44,834 bases of DNA from a virus. Lineage: Duplodnaviria > Caudoviricetes. Every line of letters begins with the position of its first letter. Position 1 is the first letter of the stretch. The notes under the pieces are model-generated. The model did no database searches. It was not told where the DNA came from and was given only the letters and a program-made list of their open reading frames with translations. This document shows, piece after piece, positions 1 through 8,242 of the stretch. The position numbers were made by a program, and so were the translations under genes. The stretch is from the IMG/VR virus record IMGVR_UViG_3300032234_001101, positions 1 through 44,834 of that record; one strand, written 5' to 3'.

Positions 1-432
1 TCACAAGCACAGCAGCGCCCGCTGCTCATCCCACAGCAACGGCGTGCCAGACGCCAGGTCAAACAAGGTGACGTGGTCTGGCAATGACTCGTCCAGGATG
101 GCAGCCACGATGTCAGGTGCCAGCGTGGTGAGGTTCACCATCCGACTTACGTAGGCCCGGTCCATCCCTTCCATCTCTGCAACCTCGGCCAGATTCCTAG
201 CCTTGCCGGACTCCAGGATGGCCAGCCATCGATGCCCACGGACCAAGGCCAATTGCATCGGGGTGGGCTGGTTGTCCCAGGCACGCGGCTGCAAGGCGGT
301 GCCGTCGGGCAGGGTCACCGCCTTGCGCCGTCCGCGCCTCGTGATCCTGATCGGGATGGTCACGTTCAGGCTGCCATTGCTGGCGCTGACCACGTCGGCA
401 TTCCCGGTCGCTCTGATCCTGATCTCGTTCAT
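1..432 (-). CDS. Small recombinase-associated protein with HTH-like segment (143 aa)
   Basis: ATGA overlap with the recombinase stop. HTH-like LAEVAEMEGMDRAYVSRMVNLTTLAPDIV, typical of the gene following DUF2924-linked recombinases. Confidence 0.75.
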   Translation of the reverse strand: MNEIRIRATGNADVVSASNGSLNVTIPIRITRRGRRKAVTLPDGTALQPRAWDNQPTPMQLALVRGHRWLAILESGKARNLAEVAEMEGMDRAYVSRMVNLTTLAPDIVAAILDESLPDHVTLFDLASGTPLLWDEQRALLCL

Positions 433-1784
433 GCGGCCACCTCAACTTCTTCTTTGGCGGCTGGCAGATTCAATTCAGCGGCTAGCCGATCCAGGCCATT
501 CGGCATGAACTGCACTTCGATGTTGTGGGGCGTGACCACCACTTTCTTGATCAGCAGGCGGACGATGCGCTCTTGCTCTGCCGGGAACAGCTGGTCCCAG
601 ATCTTATCGATCTGCAGCATGGCAATGCACACCTTGCCTTCATCCACCTCTGGATCCCGGGCCGTTATCAGAGCTGCCACCCGGGTCTTGAGATCGGGCG
701 CGCGCAGGATCCTGCGCATCTGCGCCACCACGTTGGCCTCCAGCTCGATTGCCGGCAGCCGTGGCAGACCGGACGCACCGGCGTGCTCTTTGTTCTCTCG
801 CGTGTGGATGTAGTACCGGTACAGCTTGCCGGTGCCTTTGCGACTCCAGGCCACCGTCAAGGCTCGCCCATCTGCGCCCTGGACGATGCCCTTGAGCAGG
901 AAGGGAATGGTGGCGCGGGTGTTGTTGCCCCGGGTGCGCGGGCTGACTTTGAGGACGGACTGCACAGCCTCCCATGTACTGGGCTCGATCAGCGGCTGGT
1001 GGTCGCCTTTGAACCATTCTTCCTTGTGCCGCAACTCGCCCAGGTAGGTCCTGTTGCCCAGGAGTTTGTAGATCAGCCCCTTGTCGATCAGCTTGCCCTC
1101 GCGGACGTTGCCGTCCTTGGTGGTCCAGGCCTTGGACGTGACGCCGTCCATGCGCAACTCCTTCATGAGCTTGGTGGTGGAGCCCAGTTCCACGAACCGC
1201 GTAAAGATGTGCTTGATGATCTTGGCCTCCCGCTCATTGGGGATCAGGCGCCGGTCCTTCACGTCGTAGCCCAGCGGCGGCACACCACCCATCCACATGC
1301 CCTTGCGTTTTGACGCCGTGATCTTGTCGCGGATGCGCTCACCTGTGACCTCGCGTTCGAATTGCGCGAAAGACAGCAGGACGTTGAGCATCAGCCTGCC
1401 CATGGATGTGGTGGTGTTGAATTGCTGGGTGACCGATACGAACGACACGCCAGCACGCTCAAACACCTCGACCATCTTGGAGAAGTCGGCCAGGCTGCGG
1501 GTCAGGCGGTCGATTTTGTAGACCACCACGATGTCGACGCGACCGTCCTCAATGTCGGCCATCAATCGGCGAAGGGCGGGCCGCTCCATGTTGCCACCTG
1601 AGAAGCCACCATCGTCGTAATCGTCGGCCACCGGAATCCAGCCTTCGCTGCGCTGGCTGGCGATGTAGGCATGGCCGGCTTCCTTCTGGGCGTCGATGGA
1701 GTTGAAGGATTGATCCAGGCGTTCATCGCTGGACACGCGGCAGTACACAGCGCACCGCTGGCGGCGTTTGAGAACCTCGCTCAT
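429..1784 (-). CDS. Large serine recombinase (integrase), 451 aa
   Basis: Catalytic YCRVSS, plus DDGGFSGGNMERPAL, VYKIDRLTRS, GRLMLNVLLSFAQFERE and recombinase-domain PLGY. Start reassigned to ATG 1784 (MSEVLK), which overlaps the upstream stop. Confidence 0.95.
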   Translation of the reverse strand: MSEVLKRRQRCAVYCRVSSDERLDQSFNSIDAQKEAGHAYIASQRSEGWIPVADDYDDGGFSGGNMERPALRRLMADIEDGRVDIVVVYKIDRLTRSLADFSKMVEVFERAGVSFVSVTQQFNTTTSMGRLMLNVLLSFAQFEREVTGERIRDKITASKRKGMWMGGVPPLGYDVKDRRLIPNEREAKIIKHIFTRFVELGSTTKLMKELRMDGVTSKAWTTKDGNVREGKLIDKGLIYKLLGNRTYLGELRHKEEWFKGDHQPLIEPSTWEAVQSVLKVSPRTRGNNTRATIPFLLKGIVQGADGRALTVAWSRKGTGKLYRYYIHTRENKEHAGASGLPRLPAIELEANVVAQMRRILRAPDLKTRVAALITARDPEVDEGKVCIAMLQIDKIWDQLFPAEQERIVRLLIKKVVVTPHNIEVQFMPNGLDRLAAELNLPAAKEEVEVAA

Positions 1785-2281
1785 TTGCGTGCTCCCTTCT
1801 TCGCGGCCGGCTTGGACGGTGCGTTGGCCTTCAGTCCAAAGAAAACGGGGCCCGACCATGCCGTGCCGGTGATCTCCTTGGCGATGCGCGAGAGGCTGCG
1901 GTACGGGCGCCCCTCGAATTCATACTGGCCGTCGACCGTGGCCATGACCTGGTATTCCTTGCCCTGGTACTCGCGGGTGAGGAGCGTGCCAGCCATCAGA
2001 TGGAAGTCGCGTTCCAGTTTCTTGTTCTGGCCCAAATCCATGATCGCCTGGATCCGGCGCTTGTTGCGGTCGATCATGTTGCGATCGATCTTGCGGAACT
2101 CGATTTCCTGCAGCCGGAAGGCCAGGCGGCGCTCCAGGAACTGGCGGTTGTGGGTCGGCGTGTCTTTGCCGAACAGGTCTTTCCAGAGCGCTTTAATGTC
2201 GATCATCGACAGGTCGGGCAATCCGGCGATTTGCGCCAGCACCGAGGGCGACGTGACGTATGGTGATTGCGTGGTGGTCAT
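1781..2281 (-). CDS. DUF2924-like protein (166 aa)
   Basis: LERRLAFRLQE, GTLLTREYQG and YRSLSRIAKEITGTAWSGPVFFGL motifs. GGAG RBS before ATG 2281. Coupled to the recombinase. Confidence 0.85.
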   Translation of the reverse strand: MTTTQSPYVTSPSVLAQIAGLPDLSMIDIKALWKDLFGKDTPTHNRQFLERRLAFRLQEIEFRKIDRNMIDRNKRRIQAIMDLGQNKKLERDFHLMAGTLLTREYQGKEYQVMATVDGQYEFEGRPYRSLSRIAKEITGTAWSGPVFFGLKANAPSKPAAKKGARK

Positions 2282-2493
2282 TTGGACTCCGTGACTTTGG
2301 TTGACGGGTCCGTATGAACGCTCTGGTGGCCGGAATAGCCAAGTCCTAAATGGCTCTTGGAGGCCGCATTTGCGGACTTCGCGACAGATTGATCCCACAC
2401 ACGGGAAATGCCCCTTGCCAGCAGGGCAGCCACCTCGTCCATGCGCTCTGACACGGTCATGGATTCGGGCGGGCGGCGTTTGATTTCTTGCAT
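2278..2493 (-). CDS. Small hypothetical protein (71 aa)
   Basis: MQEIKRRPPESMTVSERMDEVAALLARG. AAGGA RBS and ATGA overlap with the DUF2924-like gene. Confidence 0.6.
   Translation of the reverse strand: MQEIKRRPPESMTVSERMDEVAALLARGISRVWDQSVAKSANAASKSHLGLGYSGHQSVHTDPSTKVTESK
2311..2343 (-). promoter_or_regulatory. Conserved promoter-like element copy 1 (CTTGGCT-N11-CAGAGCGTTCATACG)
   Basis: Same 7-bp and 15-bp blocks, with the same spacing, as at 17112-17144. Ends 30 bp upstream of ATG 2281. Confidence 0.7.
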
Positions 2494-2640
2494 TGGTTGC
2501 CAGTCCTTGATGTTCAACGATCGAAGGAAAAAATTGTCCCCGGGGGACCATGGCAAGGCCAGCGGGAGGTTTGGGACAGGTGCGGAAGGTTGAGGGCAAT
2601 TGCCAAAACCAGACCAAAAGTTCACTCCGGACGCCATCGG

Positions 2641-2669
2641 TTGCATGGAGAACGAACGTTCTCTACAAT
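2641..2669 (+). promoter_or_regulatory. Sigma70 promoter of the repressor operon with an embedded palindromic operator
   Basis: TTGCAT (2641-2646), 17 bp, TACAAT (2664-2669). The spacer contains GAGAAC-GAAC-GTTCTC (2648-2663). Confidence 0.8.
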
Positions 2670-2676
2670 GGGTGCC

Positions 2677-3264
2677 GTGAAGAAAGCCATCAACGACCAC
2701 GAACACCTTGCCACGCTGCAAAGCTACTACGCCGAGCACCGGGTGCTGCCGTCTTACGCCCGTCTGATGAGCCTGCTTGGATTCGCCTCCAAGTCGGCCG
2801 TCAAGAAGGTGTTGGAGCGGCTGGAGGGCATGGACATGCTGGAGCGCACCCCCGATGGGGACTGGGCACCAAGCGAACGATTTTTTGATCGCGCCATTGC
2901 GACTCAGCCTGTACCGGCCGGCATGCCGATTTCAGCCGACAACGATGTTCATGAGCAGATCACCATCGATCGCTTCCTGATTCAGCAGCCCAACAAGACA
3001 GTGCTCATTCGGGTCAAGGGCGACAGCATGGTGAACGCCGGCATTCACGATGGCGATCTGGCTGTCGTGGAGCGCAAGACCGAAGCCACGCAGGGAGATA
3101 TCGTGGTCGCGGTCGTTGATGACCAATTCACTCTAAAAACACTTGCACGAGACAAAGACGGATATCACCTGTTGCCTGCCAATCCGAATTACCCAGTGAT
3201 TCGGCCCAACGGCAAGCTCGAGATTTTTGGCGTCCTGGTTGGCCTTGTGCGCAAGTACCAATGA
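2677..3264 (+). CDS. LexA/S24-family autocleaving repressor
   Basis: N-terminal wHTH (PSYARLMSLLGFASKSAV), Ala-Gly cleavage site (VPAGMP), catalytic Ser (GDSM) and Lys (FTLK). Start is GTG 2677 (possibly leaderless) or ATG 2668. Confidence 0.9.
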   Translation: MKKAINDHEHLATLQSYYAEHRVLPSYARLMSLLGFASKSAVKKVLERLEGMDMLERTPDGDWAPSERFFDRAIATQPVPAGMPISADNDVHEQITIDRFLIQQPNKTVLIRVKGDSMVNAGIHDGDLAVVERKTEATQGDIVVAVVDDQFTLKTLARDKDGYHLLPANPNYPVIRPNGKLEIFGVLVGLVRKYQ

Positions 3265-3276
3265 GGACCCATCACT

Positions 3277-4515
3277 TTGAAAATCTTTTCTCCAGCCCAC
3301 TTTCTGCGCCATGTCTCGATGCCCACGCTGCGCGAGTTCACGGACGCGCATCCGATTGCCCCCCGCCTGACCATTGACTGGGATAGTCCGCCCGAGACCT
3401 TGCCTGCCATGGTCAACGCGGCTATCGAAGCGCTGCATGCGTCGATGGGTGCAGACGGCATGTCCGACGAGGAAATGTCCGCGCTTGGGCAAGACTTGCA
3501 CCTTTGGCATGACGACCTGCGACGGGTGCATCTGCTGTCCAACGATCTGGCCAGCAATGAATTTCATACGGCATGCGCTGCGGATCAGGAGGCGCTGGAT
3601 GCTTTTGCCGGTCGTGACCCACGCGAACAGGCGCTGTGGGTGTTTCACGCCCGTGATCACTTGTTCCGTGACGTCGAGTTGCATCTGGCCTTCCAGGCGA
3701 AGGCCAATGGCAAGTATTGGAAGAAGCACCGCATCGATGCTGGCCTGGACCTGACCAACGAGCGGGAGAAGTTGGAGGCGTTCAGCCATGAGGTGGCCAA
3801 GCTCTTCGAAAAATCTGGCGCTGGCAAAAGCACCCACATTGAGCAGAGCGTCCATGCTGCTGATGGCAGTGTGCAGCTGACCATCTATGTGGAAGGCCCG
3901 ATCACGGCGCTGGCGCACTTCACCGAAAACAAGTTCAACCGGCAGACCACACGCATCGCCTTGGAAACTGCCGTTGTCTACCAGCCGGCTACCGGCGTTA
4001 TCGAAAGCGTGGTCAAGGGCGGTTCCAAGAACCACCAGACCGTGCTGCAGTTGTTCGGCAAGCATGTGGTTGGCCGTGAGATCCAGCCTGAGGAAATCGA
4101 GAAGACCCGCTTCAAGCTCAATGAACTGCGCGAAGGCCTGGAGACCTTCGATGATCTGTCGTCCCTTGGGGTCGAGAAAATCCGTCTGCGCCGCGCACAG
4201 TTCCGGCCACGCGGCAGCACCGGCGTTGCCATTCGTATTGAGGCATCGGCAGAGCAGGATCAGGATGACGCGATCGAACTGGCCCGCAAGACGCTCAAGA
4301 TCCAGCATTCATTTGAGACCGAATACGACCTCGACGGGGCGTCGGTCATCGTGTACCTGGCACCGGTGGATGGCCAGAAGCCCAAGCGTTTCAGCTTCGA
4401 CCTGTACTCGACCGGGTCGTCCACCATCAAGAACCTGTCCGAAAAAAATCAGCCCATCGCCAATGCCGTGCTGCAGTCGCTCAATGTTATCGAAGCTGAG
4501 GAGGCAGCAGTTTGA
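3277..4515 (+). CDS. Hypothetical protein (412 aa)
   Basis: Long ORF with phage-like codon use. GAGGA RBS and TTG start 12 bp after the repressor stop. No recognisable motif. Confidence 0.8.
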   Translation: MKIFSPAHFLRHVSMPTLREFTDAHPIAPRLTIDWDSPPETLPAMVNAAIEALHASMGADGMSDEEMSALGQDLHLWHDDLRRVHLLSNDLASNEFHTACAADQEALDAFAGRDPREQALWVFHARDHLFRDVELHLAFQAKANGKYWKKHRIDAGLDLTNEREKLEAFSHEVAKLFEKSGAGKSTHIEQSVHAADGSVQLTIYVEGPITALAHFTENKFNRQTTRIALETAVVYQPATGVIESVVKGGSKNHQTVLQLFGKHVVGREIQPEEIEKTRFKLNELREGLETFDDLSSLGVEKIRLRRAQFRPRGSTGVAIRIEASAEQDQDDAIELARKTLKIQHSFETEYDLDGASVIVYLAPVDGQKPKRFSFDLYSTGSSTIKNLSEKNQPIANAVLQSLNVIEAEEAAV

Positions 4516-5474
4516 GCGGCAAGCTGGTCAATGCCACGGGAGTGCTTTGCCGCCTGCTGGAGCAATCTAAACCAACGATCAACGGCGTGGCATTGCTCGG
4601 TGGAGAATTCGGCGAGGGTGGCCACGAGCTTGTTCGTGAACGCCTGCTGGTGCTCGGGCCTTCACTTTCCTACGTCACTTGCCCTGACTGCGGGATCGAG
4701 ATGGCCCGCGTCGTCCGTTCCGTGGGTGTCGACCAGGTCCTGCTTTATTGCGATGAGTGCGGTGAAGTCGACGCCGATCGCGCGCTGCTCCAGACCTACA
4801 CGGTCAGCCTGTCACGCTTTATCGATCGCATGGTCAGCAGCTTGGAATTGACGCCGTCCAATCGCAAGGCCATCGACAACGACATCTCGTGGCGCCTGGG
4901 TGTGCAGGAGCACAAGCGTGGCAAAGCGCAGACATGGTATTTCGCGCGGCACTTGAATGACCACACCGTGGCGCGTCACCTGCTTGATCAGATCCGTTCC
5001 GACAATGCCGCCCAATCCGCCAAGATCATCACCAGCACCGATGTGCCTTTGCCAGATGGCTCTCCGCTGGTGGGATACGACATCAAGAATCTGGCCGCCA
5101 TTGCGCGCATGTCGCAGAACGTGTTCCTCTTGTTCGATGACAGGGCCGAGGTCACGGTTGCTCAGCCCGAGGAAGAACCGGCACCAGTCACATCGTTGCG
5201 CCATGTCCGTCACAAAGGGTGGGCCTATGTGGATGGCGTGAAGTACGAACTGGAAGGAATGCAGCAGAAGATTCTGTTGGCCTTGATGGATGCTCACGCC
5301 CATCGCCTGGAAGGCAAAGTAATCGCCGATCGTTGCGGCTCCGATGCATTTCCGTTTCAGCCGGCCAAGTATTTCGGCCGGAACAACGAGGTCTACAAAG
5401 CCTTCGCCAGGTACGTGCCCGGCGACAAGGTTTACAAGTTGATCATTCACCCTGAAGACGCGGACCTATTCTGA
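4512..5474 (+). CDS. Hypothetical protein with Zn-ribbon and probable C-terminal winged helix (320 aa)
   Basis: CPDC...CDEC. C-terminal YELEGMQQKILLALMDAH...YKL resembles an OmpR-type wHTH. 4-bp overlap with the upstream gene. Confidence 0.75.
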   Translation: MSGKLVNATGVLCRLLEQSKPTINGVALLGGEFGEGGHELVRERLLVLGPSLSYVTCPDCGIEMARVVRSVGVDQVLLYCDECGEVDADRALLQTYTVSLSRFIDRMVSSLELTPSNRKAIDNDISWRLGVQEHKRGKAQTWYFARHLNDHTVARHLLDQIRSDNAAQSAKIITSTDVPLPDGSPLVGYDIKNLAAIARMSQNVFLLFDDRAEVTVAQPEEEPAPVTSLRHVRHKGWAYVDGVKYELEGMQQKILLALMDAHAHRLEGKVIADRCGSDAFPFQPAKYFGRNNEVYKAFARYVPGDKVYKLIIHPEDADLF

Positions 5475-5504
5475 CCCGCTAAATCTCTCCCATCCCGTTC
5501 CCAG

Positions 5505-5539
5505 AACCCGGTTCCTGTCCGCAGGAAGCCGGGTTTTTT
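5505..5539 (+). terminator. Intrinsic terminator ending the repressor operon
   Basis: AACCCGGTTCCTG-TCCG-CAGGAAGCCGGGTT running into a T tract. Confidence 0.8.
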
Positions 5540-5563
5540 GCATTTTGTTCGCACGAATTTGGT

Positions 5564-5611
5564 TTGCAGAACCTGTCTGCCGAATCTGCCGAATGGCTTC
5601 CAGAACCTGCC
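5564..5611 (+). repeat. Four 9-bp direct repeats (YTSCMGAAY) upstream of the excisionase-like gene
   Basis: TTGCAGAAC 5564, CTGCCGAAT 5577, CTGCCGAAT 5586, TTCCAGAAC 5598. Confidence 0.65.
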
Positions 5612-5690
5612 TTGAAAAACTGCAAGCACTGGTTAGCGCGGCTCCCAAGCCGCACGAAACAGAGCCTTTTTCACCTTCAAGGAGATTCAA

Positions 5691-5915
5691 TTGCAACCCT
5701 CAGAACCCGTCCGTCATCTCAACCAGCGGCAGCTTGCCGAACGTTGGGATTTGAGCGAGGCCACCCTGGAGCGCTGGCGCTCCGAGGGCATCGGTCCCGT
5801 CTTCCTCAAACTGCAAGGCCAGGTCCGCTATCGGATCGAAGACATCGAAGCCTTCGAAGTCGACAGCCTGCGTCGGAGCACATCCACGCGTGAAGTGATC
5901 GGAGGTGCGGCATGA
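5691..5915 (+). CDS. AlpA/excisionase-like HTH protein (74 aa)
   Basis: LNQRQLAERWDLSEATLERWRSEGIGPVFLKLQGQVRY. AAGGAG RBS, TTG start. Confidence 0.85.
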   Translation: MQPSEPVRHLNQRQLAERWDLSEATLERWRSEGIGPVFLKLQGQVRYRIEDIEAFEVDSLRRSTSTREVIGGAA

Positions 5916-6391
5916 GCACCGATCTGACCTTCACGCCCGAACAGGTGCTGGCCACCCCGGCAGGCACGTTAGCGCAGCAACCGGCTGAACTGCTCTTCAG
6001 CATCAAGAACGCCGCCGCTGATTTGTTGGCCGCTGGCAAAGCCCTGAGTGATCACATTGATCAGGCCATCGACTTCAAGTGGGGCGAGCGCGCCCGCAAC
6101 CTGCGCCACGACGCTGGCAAGGACACCGGGGTCGTGCATTTCGATGACGGCGATGTGCGCGTCTCTGCAGATCTGCCCAAGAAAGTCGAGTGGGACCAGA
6201 CCCGCCTGGCCGACATGACACGTCGCATTGCCGAGAGCGGTGATGACCCCAGGCAGTACGTCGAGATCACCTATCGCGTGAGCGAGACCAAGTTCAACGC
6301 CTGGCCTGAAACCCTTAAGTCCGCATTCGAGGCTGCACGCACCGTCAAGACCAGCAAGCCCTCGTACCGCCTCGCCCTCATGAAGGAGTAA
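5912..6391 (+). CDS. Hypothetical phage protein (159 aa)
   Basis: GGAGG RBS and ATGA overlap. Lies in the early operon. Confidence 0.8.
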   Translation: MSTDLTFTPEQVLATPAGTLAQQPAELLFSIKNAAADLLAAGKALSDHIDQAIDFKWGERARNLRHDAGKDTGVVHFDDGDVRVSADLPKKVEWDQTRLADMTRRIAESGDDPRQYVEITYRVSETKFNAWPETLKSAFEAARTVKTSKPSYRLALMKE

Positions 6392-6396
6392 TTGCC

Positions 6397-6714
6397 ATGT
6401 TCTTCAAAAAGAAAACCACTGTCCAGAAGCTGCGTGAGCGTCCCGAATGGTACGTGCGCGAGCTGCCTGAAGAAATCTTTGTTCCGGCGCTTGATGGCCA
6501 TCGTCCGGATGACATGACCGTCGCGCTCGAGGACGCCACGCTGGACGACCTGGCCTTTGCCATCGTCGGCATCGAAGCCCAGGTTGCCAAGGCACGTCGT
6601 GGCTTGAGCGGGCTGCGTGAACTGTATGAGCAGGCGCGCAAGCGTGGCGCTGCTGGGACCAACACCGTGGCCGAGGTGTTTTTCGGTGATGAGTTCGAGG
6701 AGGTGTCGAAATGA
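6397..6714 (+). CDS. Hypothetical protein (105 aa)
   Basis: AAGGAG RBS. Coupled to the next gene. Confidence 0.75.
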   Translation: MFFKKKTTVQKLRERPEWYVRELPEEIFVPALDGHRPDDMTVALEDATLDDLAFAIVGIEAQVAKARRGLSGLRELYEQARKRGAAGTNTVAEVFFGDEFEEVSK

Positions 6715-7619
6715 GCCTTCCCATCATCACCGCAGACCAACGCCTGGCTGAGCGCCGTGGCGTCAAGGGCGTGCTCGTCGGAAAGTCCGGCATCGGCAAG
6801 ACCTCCCAGCTCTGGACGCTGCCCCCGGCATCCACGATGTTCTTCGATTTGGAGGCCGGCGATCTGGCCGTCGAAGGCTATGCCGGCGACACCATCCGTC
6901 CCCGCACCTGGCAGGAATGCCGCGACTTCGCCGTGTTCATTGGCGGCCCTAATCCGGCGCTCCGTGAGGACCAACCTTACAGCGAAGCCCACTACCAGGC
7001 GGTGTGCCAGCGCTTCGGTGATCCGGCCGTGCTGGATAAATACGAAACAGTGTTCGTTGACTCGATCACCGTGGCCGGCCGTTTGTGCCTGCAATGGTGC
7101 AAAGGCCAGCCGCAGGCCTATTCCGAGAAAACCGGAAAACCCGACAGCCGTGGCGCATACGGTCTGATGGGCCAGGAAATGATCGGCTGGCTGACCCATC
7201 TGCAACACACGCGCCGCAAGAACGTGTGGTTCGTCGGGATCCTCAACGAGGCCCTGGACGATTTCAACCGTCGGGTTTTCACGCTGCAGATCGATGGCTC
7301 CAAGACTGGTCTGGAGTTACCCGGCATCGTTGATGAGGTGGTCACGTTGGCCGAGGTCAAGGCTGACGACGGTAGCAGCTACCGCGCATTCGTGTGCCAC
7401 ACGCTCAATCAGTGGGGCTACCCGGCAAAGGACCGCTCTGGTCGCCTGGACCCAGTGGAGGAGCCCAACCTCGGGCGCCTCATGCAGAAGATCGCCGGCC
7501 CCGCACGTCCCGCCAGCGAGCGCCTGGACTTTGCCCGTCCGCAGGCCAGTGCCGCGGAGCCCGCTTCCAGCGCAACCCCATCCGCCACCACGGCATCCGT
7601 TTCCTCTCAGGAGTCCTGA
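6711..7619 (+). CDS. AAA_24/Sak4-like ATPase (recombination)
   Basis: Walker A GKSGIGKT, DLEAG, Walker B VFVDSIT, AKDRSG. Upstream of an SSB-like gene. Confidence 0.8.
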   Translation: MSLPIITADQRLAERRGVKGVLVGKSGIGKTSQLWTLPPASTMFFDLEAGDLAVEGYAGDTIRPRTWQECRDFAVFIGGPNPALREDQPYSEAHYQAVCQRFGDPAVLDKYETVFVDSITVAGRLCLQWCKGQPQAYSEKTGKPDSRGAYGLMGQEMIGWLTHLQHTRRKNVWFVGILNEALDDFNRRVFTLQIDGSKTGLELPGIVDEVVTLAEVKADDGSSYRAFVCHTLNQWGYPAKDRSGRLDPVEEPNLGRLMQKIAGPARPASERLDFARPQASAAEPASSATPSATTASVSSQES

Positions 7620-7621
7620 TC

Positions 7622-8230
7622 ATGACCTTTTTCGATTTCAACTCTGCCGCCGAGCAGTCCAGCTACGACCTCATCCCCAAAGGCACGGTGGTGCGCGTGC
7701 GCATGACCATCAAGCCAGGCGGCTATGACGATCCGTCCCAGGGCTGGACCGGCGGCTACGCGACCCGCAGCATGACCACCGGCTCGGTGTATCTGAACTG
7801 CGAGTTCGTGGTGCTCGATGGCCCGTTCGCCCGTCGCAAGATGTGGTCGCTCATTGGCCTGTACAGCGCCAAGGGGGCCGAGTGGACCAATATGGGCCGG
7901 ACCTTCATCAAGGCCATCCTGAACTCCGCACGCGGCATCAATCCGAACGACAGCAGCCCGGCAGCGCAGAACGCCCGACGCATCAGCGGCTTCGCCGACC
8001 TGGAGGGCATCGAGTTCGTTGGCAAGGTGGACTGGGACAAGGACCAGAACGGCCAGGACAAGTGCGTCATCAAGTCGGCCGTCACGCCGGAGCACAAGGA
8101 CTACGCCGCTCACATGAATGATGTGCCAGCGGGGGCAGCCAGTGCGCCGGCCAGTAGTGGTAGTGCCAATGCCTATGCGCAGGCCACCGGTCGCGCGCCG
8201 GTGCCGGGTCGCCCCAGCTGGGCGCAGTAA
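7622..8230 (+). CDS. Putative ssDNA-binding protein (DUF669-like, 202 aa)
   Basis: AGGAG RBS. YLNCEFVVLDGPFARRKMW core, low-complexity tail ending PSWAQ. Sits between the Sak4-like ATPase and the helicase. Confidence 0.65.
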   Translation: MTFFDFNSAAEQSSYDLIPKGTVVRVRMTIKPGGYDDPSQGWTGGYATRSMTTGSVYLNCEFVVLDGPFARRKMWSLIGLYSAKGAEWTNMGRTFIKAILNSARGINPNDSSPAAQNARRISGFADLEGIEFVGKVDWDKDQNGQDKCVIKSAVTPEHKDYAAHMNDVPAGAASAPASSGSANAYAQATGRAPVPGRPSWAQ

Positions 8231-8242
8231 GGGGGAATTGCC

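Noticed and set aside
3133-4308. Long antisense ORFs (also 12107-13195, 27932-28966, 33454-34551)
   Set aside because: They are shadows of real genes in GC-rich DNA, with no motifs or RBS support.
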